Origin: Eledone cirrhosa
Lineage: Eukaryota
NCBI GenBank assembly: GCA_964016885.1
Contig: OZ024747.1
Coordinates: 33,108,001 to 33,172,000 of the forward strand
Direction of reading: 5' to 3'
DNA: 64,000 bases
The stretch's first letter is position 1, and each line of letters begins with the position of its first letter. The position numbers and the translations under genes are program-made. Under the pieces are notes generated by a model. That model saw only the letters and a list, made by a program, of their open reading frames with translations. It did not search any database and was not told the DNA's origin. Shown here piece after piece: positions 41,145 to 54,837 of the stretch.

Positions 41145-41265
41145 GTATTGACATATGTTTCTGTAACAGACGGAATACCTATGTATCGCTGCTTGCGTAA
41201 TCATATAATGTTTAGCAAGTATTCGATAGCAAATGTATAATCAGTTGTCACTTCTTCAGAGATTT
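41145..41265 (-). ncRNA. Probable hammerhead motif with very long stem II insert
   Basis: CTGAAGA a GTGACA...(~80 nt)...TGTTAC a GAA ACATATGT C; located at the expected place in the PLE 3' end, but stem I does not pair well. Confidence 0.45.
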
Positions 41266-42381
41266 TGGATAAATTGGATAAAATCAGAAAAATTGAAGTA
41301 TTTATATTAGTTGTAATAGAGGAAGAAGAGAAGGGATAGTATATGACAGATGGTAATTCAATTTACTGCTAAACAAGTATATAAAGGGTTTCTAATGAGA
41401 ATACAATGAGTAAATGGTTTAATTTATCTAAATAAGAATTTTTGGGAGTGCCTATTTTAATCTATACTTGACCAATTGAACAATGGACAGGGCTGGTCAT
41501 TTGGTACAGTAGTATTAATTATAAAGTTTGAGGAAGGGGGAGATTTCGACTTCTACTGAATAATATCAATGCTAGTAGCCAGCTGGTATATGCATTAGGG
41601 AATTGAATTAAGAAATCAGAAATCTCATTTTATCTATAGCAGTTTATATTAAATGGTAAATAATAGAAGAGTTGATAGAATTAAGACTAATAGAGAATGT
41701 TAATATCTATTTTGACAATCAAACGGAGATAGAGCCAGGCGTTCAATCCTGGTAGTATTTATAATATGAAAATGTAAATTTTAAGCGATGGTTACAGTAT
41801 AACGATCGCTCTATTCTGTTATTTAATAAAATGTTTTTGGATTTCATAATACAAAATAATTCCATATTACATAATTTACAAAATTCCTGTCCGTGGGATA
41901 TGGAGGGGCAGCCGCTATTATATCCCATTTTAGGTGAAATTGTTGGTTATTTTCACGCAGCTGCCAAGCCTTGTCTGCGAGTGTTGTTACATAACGCTGG
42001 TTTTCATGTTTTATCGAGTAACGATGTCTATAAAGGCGCGATTTGAAGGAGGTGGCTGTAGATCCCACATAGTACCACTTCTGTCTATCCGATTCGATAG
42101 TACATTTGTATATGATGTTGCGTTCAAGACACTGATTGTTCAACGGACACATTCCTGGTTGGACACAGTTACAGTTATAATTTTGCGTTGTTGTATTGGC
42201 ATGGATGGGTTGATGAGGTTGCTTAGGTAGGACAGGATGTTGTTTTGTGATGTTATAGATAATGTTTTACGTGTATTGTTATGTATTGGAAGGCGTTTAT
42301 ACAACCGTTTTGCGTTAAGATTTTTTATATGTTGTTCAATATTAGGGGCGGTTGAATATGAAAGTCGAATAGTGTTAGGGT

Positions 42382-43815
42382 TTAAGATTTTATTATATTT
42401 ATGTGATGTTGGAAAGTGTTTTTAACTAATCGAAAGAATTGTGAGGGTAGATTGGTTTTAATAGAGTTGTTATAGACCGGATTGTACCAAATATACTCTT
42501 TACATCGCCTTCTGTTTGGTGGTGTGCGACTATTATTGTGTCTATTGCGGTAGTGTATGTATGGTGGTGATTCTGTGCTATTTCTACCCCTATGGGATTT
42601 ATTTTGGGTGTTTTGGTGATCTTCGACTATATACTCGATATTATCTAGGTGTCCGGCTTTCCTCAGTGCATCATCATAATATTCGGCATGTTCTTTGAAG
42701 GTTTGTTGGTTGGACGACAGGCGGGAGATTCTAAGAGAAACATTTCTAGGGATGGATTTAATTATAGAGAGTGTATGGTTAGAACTCGTATTTACATATT
42801 TAAGGTTCTCATTTAGTTTATGGAACGGTTTAATCGTTTCTGTATTGAGATTCAAAGTAACAACAAGGAAATTGACCTCTTTGAGGTTATATTCAAATGT
42901 AATATTTAATCCTAGTTCCTTAAAAAGCTTTCTGATATTTTTACGCATCCTTTCTAAATTCTGGTTATTCATATGCTTAACTAATAGGAGCGCATCGTCA
43001 CGGTAGATTCCACCGTGGAGATCCTTGAATTTTCCTTGTAGTCTGTGGGTGATATAAATTCCCACAAGATCTGTTACTTCCGCCGAATCATTGGAACCCA
43101 TAGTAATATCAAAATTAGAAGGTCTATCTTTGCGAACCCAGTAGCTATCATCAAATTTAACAATAGTTTTCTTCGCTTCCATAATAATTTTAATTTCAGC
43201 ATCCGTAAGGTCGGAAGTAGCCTTAGCGAACGAAAGAGCTTCATGTAGAGTATCAGGTGAAATTGAGGAATAATATTCATCAATATCAAACTGAATAAAT
43301 TTTGATTTTTTTTTATCAGTAATGTTATTAAACCATCTTATTGCTTCATGAGTGTTACCCCATAATTTAATTTCTACTTTAGCCTTAACTTGGGGGATAA
43401 TTATGTCTAGTATATATTTGCTAATTTTGCCTATATCAAAATAAGAGGGGCATATAAGTCTAATTTTAGGGTCAGTATCGAAGTTTACCTTGTGGTCCTT
43501 CAGGTTGAAGGATGGTGTAGCTGGTGTTAAGGGTTGCGTTCTATCGTCAATACAAAGTTTTTTAACAATTTCACATGTCGAGTTGTTGATGTTTTTAAGT
43601 GTAGCTTCATTAGTTTTCTTGTATTTTTTATGCAATTCCTTACGGATGAAGTTATTGTAAGTGTCCACATCCATGGTATATACGTTTGATGTTTTGTCTG
43701 CTCTAACAATAATTCCATTGGCGTTTTTTAGATTATTGAGCAGTGCCGTGATGTCATTCTGTAGTTTATTGTTCTTCTGTTTTGTAAATTTGATCTCCAT
43801 GATCATATCCATTAG
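42382..43815 (-). pseudogene. PLE reverse transcriptase domain (open ~478 codons; frameshifted before the endonuclease)
   Basis: ADKTSNVY, RLICPS, FIQFDIDEYYSSI (motif A), ITMGSNDSAEVTDLVG (B'), GGIYRDD (C), VNFLxVTLNL, YIWYNP. The first ~105 aa of the 582-aa ORF are unrelated read-through. Confidence 0.9.
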
Positions 43816-44785
43816 GTCTAAGGACCACAAGGTAAACTTCGATACTGACCCTAAAATTAGACTTATATGCCCCTCTAAATCTGATATAGGCAAAATTAGC
43901 AAATATATACTAGACAGAATTATCCCCCAAGTTAACTCAGTGTCTATCATTGATGTTGCTACATGTACTATTTCCATTATTACCACTGTGGTTATTGTTG
44001 TTGTTGTTCGTATTGTTACCGTTATTACTACTGTGGTCGCTGTTGCTGTGTCTGTGGTTAATGTTTCTATTATTATTATTATTGTGGTTGTTGTTGTTCT
44101 GTCTATCGCTAGTATTATTACCATTATCACTATTTCTCACTTTCCTGCTATTGTTATAGTTATGGCTGTTATTTCTATACTCAGAGTTATTGTTTATATT
44201 ACTACTACCGTTATTATTGTTGTTGTTGTTTACCTTTGCATTCCAACGTATTTTTGTGAAACACTTTTCCAGCTCCGTTTTGCACTCCATAGGGTTAATC
44301 TTTTTGTAGATGGCAAATCTTGGTGGTAGCCGCAGGATTTGTTGTTCTTATTCACTGATTAAAGTGTTCCCATAGATATTTACTGTGTGGTCATTGGTAA
44401 ATTCTTCCGGTAGTTTTACATCAGTCATACGGATATTGTCGATGTTATCTGGGTATTTTTGAGAATATTCGATTTTCCTTTCTTGTAGTTTTTTCTTATT
44501 CATCCATTCTAATTTCTTATTGAAATGCCTATTGCATTCGTTTCGAGCGTATTTCGTTTCACGTCGGATGACGCTCATGAAGTTATCTCTCTCGTTTGCT
44601 GTGATGAGATTTCGGATTTCCTTACCGTTAATGCGTTTCTGTCTGTAGAGTGCGTTGACTTTTGTGTATGTTGTTCTTTTCATATTAACTGTTATTGTGT
44701 GTTTTAGTCGTTCGGCTTGTGTTTTGTAAAATAATAAATTATTTACTTGTTTTGATATGTTTCTTGTGTATGTTTTGGAGGAAAC

Positions 44786-44833
44786 ACCACTGACGATGTT
44801 GCAGATGTGCAACGAAAGATTTATGATAAACTA
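44786..44833 (+). ncRNA. Minimal hammerhead ribozyme (group B pLTR)
   Basis: acca CTGACGA t GTTGCA-gatg-TGCAAC GAAA gattta tgataaacta. Confidence 0.7.
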
Positions 44834-45059
44834 TATATATGTGTTTGTGTCTATATTGTATCTGTATTATTTTTGACCGTCGGTCAGTCAATGGCAACAT
44901 TGAGGACCGAGTAAGTTAGATTACCGATATAAAAGACAGCGAGAAGCGAAAACCAACCAAACAGTGAGTGTGTTCTGTTATTAATTCTGGCAATATTACA
45001 CAAATATGACCCAAGTATAACTATATATGTATGTATATATATATATATATATATATGTA

Positions 45060-45139
<80 letters not shown>

Positions 45140-45164
45140 ATGTATGTATATATATATATATACG

Positions 45165-45980
<816 letters not shown>

Positions 45981-46009
45981 ATATATATATGTGTATATAT
46001 ATATATGTA

Positions 46010-49000
46010 TGTAAAAGGTAAACAGAAATAAGAACACAATTGGTACAGTATATGGAAGGTATATATTAGGTTAACGCTTGATATAGCAGGAAGAGGGTCT
46101 TAACGTTTTGGACGCTAGTCTTTCATCAGAAGAAAGAATGAGAAATAAAATAGATTGAGGGCATGGGCGGGATGGAACTGGAAAAAATGTCTTTAGGTGT
46201 CATGTTGACACCTCTTGCAAAACTGTTGTTGCTGGCGTTCTGTGTATGATTTGTTGTTAAAAAAAGTGGATGGTGGAGCGCGTCTACCTGAAATGGAAAA
46301 AAAACGTTTTGTAAAAAGAGCTATACTTGAGCACGTGCGTAAGCATGAGTTTGTTTGTGTGTGTGTGTGTGTATGTGTGTGTTATTATAGGTCCGTACGA
46401 AGCTAAGAAGAAATGTGTGTGTACATGTGAGTAAAAGACTGTGTGTGTGCATGTAAGTACGGAAGGGTGTGTATGTGTGTATACAGAGCAGTGAAGGGTA
46501 AAGTGGAGTGAGCATTTATAGTTTGCATGTATTAGTTGTAAGAGAAGATGTTAATGATCAAGAGAAAGCGATAGGAATCTAGGTGTGTGATAATGGACGG
46601 GGTATTAGAGAAATTGGGGAGGTGAGTTGAGCCCAAGGGGGGAATAGGACCCAAGGCGTTGAATCAGACTTTGTTTAGACCTGGTGCGCGAGGCCTGTGA
46701 TCCATGATGTAAAAGGAAACCGAAGGCTGAAACATGTAAGGAAGAATGACCAGGTGAACAGAAATGACGGGCGACAGGAGTATCCAAACCGAGTCTGATG
46801 TCCCTCAAATGTTCGGCAAAACGGTCCACCATACGGCGTCCCGTTTGTCCGATATATAAAGACCCACAAAGGGAACACCGACGGGCATAAAAAATGTGGG
46901 TGAATGTGCAGGTGAAGGAATGGCGGATACGGAAAGACCCATTAGGGCCTGTAAGAGTGGTGAGGGTGGAAATAAAGGGACAGGTGATGCAGCGGGAACA
47001 AGGATGAGAGCCAGGTGGAGTCGTGGGAGAGGGTGAAAAGGAACTGCGAACCAGGAGGTCGCGGAGGTTGCGGGGCGCTTAAAAGCAGTTAAGGGTGGGT
47101 TTGGAAAAAATCAAGAAGTGACGGAGTCAGAAGAGAGGATGCGGAAGGAACGGAGGATATCTCGCCGGAGTGGTAGGGTGATGGGGTGGTAGGTGAGAGG
47201 GAAAGGAGTACGGGTGTTGGGAGGGCGGAGGTGAGGTGAGATGGCTGTGGTGCGGTCTGTTTCACGGGCGCGGGTGAGAGCAGCTTGGATCAGTGTGGGG
47301 GGGATATCCACGCTGGATGAAGCAGAAAGCCATGCGAAGGGAATGGGTTTCAAAATCGCCGTCCTGGCTAATGAGTCGACGAAGACGGAGGAATTTGGGA
47401 ATAGGGTATGGAGTGTTTGGTGTAAGCTGGATGGGAGGAGGCGAAGTCGAGATAAGATTGGGAGTCGGTTGCTTTAATGAAGTTGGAAGTAGAGAGGGTG
47501 TGGTGAGAGTGGTTAATAGATAAAGAGATATCTAGAAAAGTGACAGAAGAATCGGAGACAGAAGCGGTGAAATTGAGAGCAGGATGGAAAGATTGGACAT
47601 AAGAAAGAAAACAGTCGAGCTGTTCTCGTGATAGAGAGGTGGCGCCAATACAGTTGTCGATATAACGACCGCATAGGTCAGGAGTCTGTCCAGCGTACTG
47701 GGAGAAAATCTGGGCTTCGACGTAGCCAACAAACAAGTTGGCATAGTTTGGACCCATTCTGGTTCCCATCGCTACCCCAGAGACCTGCTGGTAAAATTCA
47801 CCCGAAAAAGAAAATCCATTAAGGGTGAGAACAAGCTCAGCCAGATGGAGAAGACTGGTAGTGCTGGGGTAACGCGTAGGTCGTAAATATAAAAAAATGC
47901 TGGAGAGCGTGGCGGCCATCGGTATAGAGAGACGTGATGTCTAGGGTAAAGAGAAGGCGGGAGGGACCAGGAGGGAAGGAGAAAGAGTTGAAGAGTCTAA
48001 GGGCATGATTGGGTATTATGGATGTGGGAGGGGAGATTGCCGACCAACGGGGCGAGGATGGTGTCTAAATATTCAGAAATTATCTCGGTGGGGCAGTTGC
48101 ACGCAGGAACGATAGGACGGCCAGGATTATTTTGTTTGTGTATTTTGGCGTGGAAGTAGATGATGCGTGTGCGAGGGGTTCGTACGATAAGGTTGGTGGC
48201 TGTCGGGTAGAAGAGGGGAGGAGATGATCTTGTGGATGGTGGAGGTCACGAGTTGTGGCGGTCAGATGATAAAGGGCGGTAAAAAAGGGTATTGTAAAGC
48301 TGGCGGAGAGCCTCAGCCCTACATAGGTCAGCGCTCCAAACCACCACAGCGCCACCTTTGTCAGCAGGTTTGATGACAATGTCATCGCGACACCGAAGGT
48401 TGCGAAGAGTGGATAGCTCAGTCCGCGGGATGTTAGAGCGACGAGAAAGCTGGTGGAAACGGAACCGATTCACAGTACGCCGCCAAGTATCGACAAAGGA
48501 GTCGAGGGTGCTGAGCTGGCCAGAGCTCGGCGACTGAGACGAGTGAAGTCATCTGACTGTGTTGATGATGGCGTATCGTGAAAAAAAGCTTTCAGCTTTA
48601 ATCGACGGAAGAACCCTTCAATCTCGGCACGTGTGCGGAACTCGTCGCAGGAAGATGTGGTTGGTATAAAACGTAAACCACGAATGAGGTGGGAGCGCTC
48701 AGCTCCGGAATTGGTAGGTCCTGGGGTATGGTAACTACCGTGCAGATATGTGGGGTAGTGAAAGAGGAGGAGGCGGAGGAGTCAAGGTAGGTGACGGAAT
48801 AGAGGGGTTACGGTTGGGGTGATATGAGATGGGTGGTGACGGCAGGCGGGGAGCGGAGAGAGCCGAGTTTATGATTTTTTACGGAAGTGAGGAAATTGAA
48901 AAGGAGGCGATTGAGGTAAAGGGTGAATTGGATAAGGGATTGGGCGAGGAAAGGGTGGCAAGTGGAGGAGAGATGGAGGTAGGCCTTGAGGAGATCTCGG

Positions 49001-49560
49001 TCGAGAGAACGGATTTGGGTGAGAGTTGATCGAATGGTCTCCCGCAGGAGCTGGAGAGAGGAGTGGGTAAGGATGGGCTCAGTGAAGGGAGCAGAGTAAG
49101 AGGTGGGGTGGAACTTGAGGCAGAAACCACGAGGAATGAGGTGGTGGTAGAGATAGCGACTTAAAAATGTGATGTGACTGTGGTATCATATTTTGGTGAA
49201 GATGAGGTTGGAGAGATGCAGGGAGGATTGGATGCATATAGGGGGAGTGGTTGGTGGAAGCGATTGAGAGTATAATGGAGCTGGCGGAGAAAAGATTTGA
49301 GATTGGGCATATTGAAGGTACTAGGGTGGGGGTGACAAGTAGACGGCTGAGAAGAAGAAGGTGGTGTAAGAAGAGTGTAGTAGAGGAAAAGGGGTAGAGA
49401 GTCGTGGAATATTTAAATGCAAGAAGCAAAGAAAATTTCAATGATTCGAAAGATTTCCTGGTGGAAGTTCGGGTGTACTCCGGGTTGGTATCCAGTTTCG
49501 AGGTGAAAGTCCAATCAGAAAATCCAACGAATTTTGAGAGGTCCACGTAAGCGTTGATAT
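46010..49560 (-). mobile_element. Penelope-like retroelement, Neptune-like, near full length, decayed
   Basis: IVIKPADKGGAVVVW, QVSGVAMGTRMGPNYANLFVG, RYIDN (from YIDD), VTFLDI, SSHP, LTYHP, Cys linker, YIGQTG...RFAEH; 3' pLTR with mutated HHR at 46098-46133. Confidence 0.93.
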
Positions 49561-50014
49561 ATATATAAATATGTATACACACACACACGCACACACACGC
49601 ACGCACGCACACGCACACGCACACGCACACGTACACGCACACACACACACACTTAGAAACCCTCTCTATTTAGTAGCATACAGTAATGCTGTATTTGTTT
49701 CTTTGAAGTCACCGGTTATAATTTCATTCAACAACACCACTAGCTCTCTATCTCTATATATCTCTCTCTCTCTATTTCAATCTACTCTCTCACAACCTCT
49801 ATCTCTTTCTCTCTATCCTTCTCTCTTTCTATTTCATGAAGCTACCTGGAAAAACACTGTATCTCAGGAACCCGTGCTCCAATTTACGTGGAACTTGTTT
49901 TATTCCATTTGTATTCCCATTTCAGGGTTAACTTCCTTTGAAAGTATTATGCACCCTTTTGGCTATATTACATTACAGACAAGCAAGCAAGCAATCACAT
50001 TTTTATTAGTATAT

Positions 50015-51010
50015 ATCATCATCATCATCATCACCGTTTTACGTCCGTTCTTCCACGCTAGCATGGGTTAGACGGGTTGTCCTGTTGTGGGCAGTGTCCG
50101 GTCGGCTGACATTGTCTTGCTGATACCGGAACTGATTCTGGCTTGATTTCTACAGCTGGATGCCCTTCCTAACACCAACCTCATTTACAGTGAATGTTGG
50201 ATGTTTTTTTTTCCGTGGCACCTCCACGACCACTTTGCAGTGGGAGGGTGTGGGGGGCATATTGTCTATATGCTTCAGCTTTAGTTTGTACCCGTGGGGG
50301 GTCGGATCTTCTGTATTACTGCGTGACGCCAGAGGTGTAATTAGGTAAGGTCGGCTTTTATCACCTCATCCCAGGTTTTCTTCACTCTGCAGTTTCCATC
50401 GACTTTTAGTGCTCTGCACCTTTTTATGCAGCTGTCATCCTTCATACGCATCACATGTCCATACCATTGCAACCTCCTCTCCTGCACACAGCATTTGATT
50501 CCTCTTATGCTCAGTCTCTCTCTCAATTCATTTATGCTTTGCCGTTCGCTTATTACACATCCATTGGATCATGCAAGGTTCGTTTCTCTCTAATCTATGC
50601 AAGTCTTCCACAGACAGCGCCCAGGTCTCACTACCATGTAACATTGCTGTTCGTATACACGCATCATACAGTCTGCCCTTCATTTTGTGGGAAAAGCCTT
50701 TTGCAGCTAGCAGTGGCAGTAGCTCCCTGAACATCTTCTATCCTGTTCTTACCCTAGTTATTGTACTTTTCGAACACCCACCTCCGCTGCTAATTCGGTC
50801 ACCTAGGTAGCAGAAGCTGTCTACTGTTTCTACAGAGCCTTCCCAGAGATTGGTGGTACTTGTTTCCTGTGGCTGTTTGGTGCTTGCAGTCCCAGCACAG
50901 CAGCTACACGTGAAGCCTACAATCTTAGTTAAGCTTCTTGCGATCCCGCTACATCTCTTGTGTACCCATTGTTTGCATTTGGGGCAGAGAATTGAGTTCC
51001 TACCTACACC
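50015..51010 (-). mobile_element. RTE LINE 3' portion
   Basis: FRELLPLL...KGRLYDACIRTAMLHGSETW, RRLQWYGHV; (CAT)n tail at the left end. Confidence 0.92.
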
Positions 51011-51021
51011 TTTCCTACATA

Positions 51022-51632
51022 CTACATAATAATATACGTGAATGGCAAAGCATAAACGAATTGAAAGATAGACTGAGCATAAGAGGAATCAAATGCAGGA
51101 GAGGCGTTTGCGTTGGTATGGACATGTGATACGTATGAAGGATGACAGATGCATAAAAAGGTGCAGAGCACTAGAAGTCGATGGAAACCGCCGAGTGGGG
51201 AGATCTAAGAAGACCTGGGATGAGGTGATAAAAGCCGACCTTACCCAATTACACCTCTCAAAGGCGATGGCACATGACTGCGACCCTCTGGTGTCATGCA
51301 GTAATACAGAAGACCCGACTTAGCGTGAGTACAAGCTGAAGCTGAAGCATATAGACAATATGCCCCCACACCCTCCCACTGCAAAATGTTCTTGGAGGTG
51401 CCACGGCAAAAAAGCACCCAGCCCACACTATAAAGTGGATGTGTAGACGCCATGGAAAAAAGCACCCAGCTCTCACTGTAAATGAGGTTGGTTTTAGGAA
51501 GGGCAGAAATCAAGCCAGAATCAGTTCCCGTATGAGCAAGACATGGTCAGCCGACCGGCTACTGCCCACAACAGGACAACCCGTCTAACCCATGCTAGCG
51601 TGGAAGAACGAACGTAAAACGGTAATGATGAT
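51022..51632 (+). mobile_element. RTE LINE 3' fragment, inverted relative to its neighbour
   Basis: QERRLRWYGHVIRMKDD...KKTWDEVIKADL, 3' UTR and GAT tail. Confidence 0.92.
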
Positions 51633-53060
51633 ATATATATATTAGCAGATATTCTTCCCTCTACTAGTTTATTCAACATATATTAAAATCTCTTGTTTTT
51701 GTATCTATGACAACAATTTCCAATATGTTCTTTCCGTATTAAAAAAAATATAAGCATGAAATGTAGGAAATTTTCATTATCTTTTAGATATAAATAGGAA
51801 TTTATTTAGCTTTATATTAATTCCATTTAAATTGTCTCTAATCAAAATTTTCTTTACTCTTTTCATATTTTTTCAAAATCAGTTGCTTCATTATTGCTAT
51901 ACAAAATATTCAGCAGTAAAGAAACTGTACAATATACATGGTGATAAGGAAACAAATTAAAAGAAAGAAAAATGAGAAAAAGAGTTAGAAAATAGAGATT
52001 AAGCAACAAGAAAACAACAGATTGGGAGGAAGCAACAGTTTACACCCCAGTCTGTGTGGCGTTTCTGCTGCACCAGGGGGATGAAATGGCAAAGGTATTG
52101 TCACAAAGAATGGCCATTGACACCTGCTGCAACAGTCATTCCCACTTCACAGTGCTCCTTCTTCAGGCAGGCTGTTGTCTTTCTAATCTTACAAAAGAAA
52201 TCAGCAGTGCTGGGTCCGAGGACACCAGAGATCTTGACATATGTGGTACAAAAAGGATATGGTCAATCAAGCTCCGGTATTGCATTGCAGGTGACCTAGA
52301 GCGTGGACAGCCTTGGGGATCCTTGTGATGAATCTCCTTGACTGCCTGAGGCAGAAAATTACAGCAAAGACCTTGTCCAGGCTGGGCAGGGTTAGGTCCG
52401 CATTGTGTGATGTCCCTGTGTTCAGTAATTATTGTAATACCTCAGCAGTTCTAGTTATTACAGAGCCAGTATTGTTTCTAATAACACACTGAAGCTGTAA
52501 TTCAAATAATATAGCTGTGCTTTGGGTTAGGTGTATTAAAACAATTATAATGTGATTGCTATGACACAGTTTGACAGTGATTGTCCTGAAATACATTAGC
52601 AGTGGGTGTAAAAGCATATTCTGCTCCCTGTACTCAGTTTTTTAATAAGAATTCTTAATCTTCTGATGCGATACAAACATATCTAAACACAACTAGCGTA
52701 ATCTAAAAATATTATTCCTTATTACTACAATTATTATTATTATTGTCATTATTATTGTTGTTATTGTGGATTTCATTTTGCCAAGTTCTGTGTTTAATTA
52801 AAACTTTGTGTCAAAACAATTGTAAATATTAAACGATTTAAGAATTTCTGTCATCTTAATTTGTTTTATACGCTGTGTTAAAAACGTCACTTTTCTTCCA
52901 CTCTTAAAATTCTCCTCACAATATTTTTATCTGTAAAATATTGAGCTTACTTGCAATTCCTCTTCAAGTAACTCTAGGTTTATGGTTTTTTTCATATATA
53001 TTATTTTAAAATGTATAGGAAACAATATATATATATATACATATGTATATAACAATTTAT

Positions 53061-53126
<66 letters not shown>

Positions 53127-53379
53127 AATAAAGATTCAGCGAGTATCGCATTTTCGGCGGTGAAAAGCGAAGCGAAACGCAAAAATCAGAAATGTTACTG
53201 GCAAAGTGCTCAATAGTTAAAAACCAGAGCTAAACAATGTGTGAAGAAGCCATACAAAACTGAAAAGGTGGTCAAGAAGGCATTAACCACCCAAGCCAAA
53301 AACCAAATCAAGCTAAACAGGTCAAAACAAAATAAATGATAAAAAATAAATCGAGCTCTCTTTGGATTTTAGTCTTCAA

Positions 53380-53460
<81 letters not shown>

Positions 53461-53695
53461 GTGTAAAGTAATACGCATTCAAATATGAAAACAGATAATT
53501 GTAGGTGAAGAAGTTATACAGCTAAAAAATTATGTACACATGGCTACATGCAATTTTATAGAAAAGTATTAAATCCTAATATGATCAATTATGAGGTCAC
53601 GTAGAGCAAGAAATATATTGGAAAATAAACCAAACACTGTTAACTATATTATATTATAATTTACGTGCATTTTATCCTTATTATTAAAAGCTCAA

Positions 53696-53928
53696 AGTTA
53701 ACCTCGGTGGGATTTGAACTCAGAATGGCAATGGCCGTAACTCTATGCGTCAAAGCATGGCATCCCAGTATCAGTATAGGGTCGGACGCCATGCTTTGAC
53801 ACATAGAGTTACGGCCCTTGCCATTCTGAGTTCAAATCCTGCCAAGGTTAACTTTGCCTTTCAACCGTATGGGGTCGATAAAATAAAATACCAGTAATGC
53901 ACTGGTTAATTGCCAAAAGTACAAACAA
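53696..53928 (+). mobile_element. SINE family 1 with an inverted duplicated 5' segment and 15-bp TSD
   Basis: 53696-53763 is antisense to ~53785-53852; TTATTAAAAGCTCAA at 53681-53695 and 53929-53943. Confidence 0.85.
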
Positions 53929-54417
53929 TTATTAAAAGCTCAATATTAGGACTCAAAAGAATTGAATAAGATATAACTACCTTAAACAGAACATTGCGTC
54001 CAAAAATATATTGTACCAGGATAATTTTGTTTACATTTTAAAATATGTATGAGTGTGTGTGTTTTTTAAATGTAAACAAAATTACCGTAGTATGTTATAT
54101 TTTTGAGGTAGTTATATTTATTTAATTCTGATGAGTCTTAATTTAGTAAGCAATTTGGCTTATTTTTCGAAGTAAATATATAATTATATATATATATATA
54201 CATATATATAGATATATAGATATATACTTTGAAAAATTAGCCGAACTACTAACTATATCATATTTTAATTTATGTGCGTTTCATCCTTAATATTAAAAGT
54301 TCAATATTAGGTTCAGAAGTTTCTTTTCACATCATTCATTCTCATCTCGGGAACAATTTTGAATAGCGCGAGTTCGTAATTTGAACTCGGGAATTTTATA
54401 TTCTCCGAGTGAAAAGA

Positions 54418-54504
54418 ACCTTCTGACGAGAGTTTATTTTTTCAATGGAAAGCCGCAAGGACTGTCCATTTATTTTTGAGACTCGAAACCGATTCGGTAA
54501 AGGT
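54418..54504 (+). ncRNA. Type I hammerhead ribozyme, canonical core, long GNRA-capped stem II
   Basis: ACCTT CTGACGA GAGTTT...AATGGA-aag-CC-GCAA-GG-actg-TCCATT...AGACTC GAA ACCG-att-CGGT A^AAGGT. Confidence 0.9.
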
Positions 54505-54679
54505 AACCATTGTGAGTACAGTGAAATTTTTAAAATTTATTTTGAAACTTTTTCTTATTTGCTAAACCTTGATTATATATGTTCTGGGTCCTTAATTTAT
54601 TAACCTGCCATTGAACCACATTTGCATATGGTTGGACAATACATGTGACCCTGGACGCTTTTTGCGTGTAGGGATATAT

Positions 54680-54751
<72 letters not shown>

Positions 54752-54837
54752 TAAACGGAATAGAAAATGCAGACAAATTGTTCACAGTGAAAAATAGTTT
54801 AATTAGGAATAAGTGAGAATTAGTAATAGTATTGGTT

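Larger units (their letters stand above)
41090..45022 (-). mobile_element. Composite Penelope-like insertion (group A RT-EN + second PLE N-terminus + inverted group B pLTR)
   Basis: See the RT segment below; GIY-YIG 41743-42160 (IIYKC...YYVGSTATSFKSR...CKLC...CNH); 43937-44790 is a PLE N-terminal region; pLTR 44786-45022 is on the + strand. Confidence 0.88.

Noticed and set aside
43816-44130. N-terminal ~105 aa of the 582-aa ORF as a novel domain fused to RT
   Set aside because: It is read-through of a low-complexity tract and of the antisense strand of a duplicated RT segment.
52030-52430. GC-richer block as a host exon
   Set aside because: No convincing frame or splice pair; more likely an old LINE relic, but I could not assign it.
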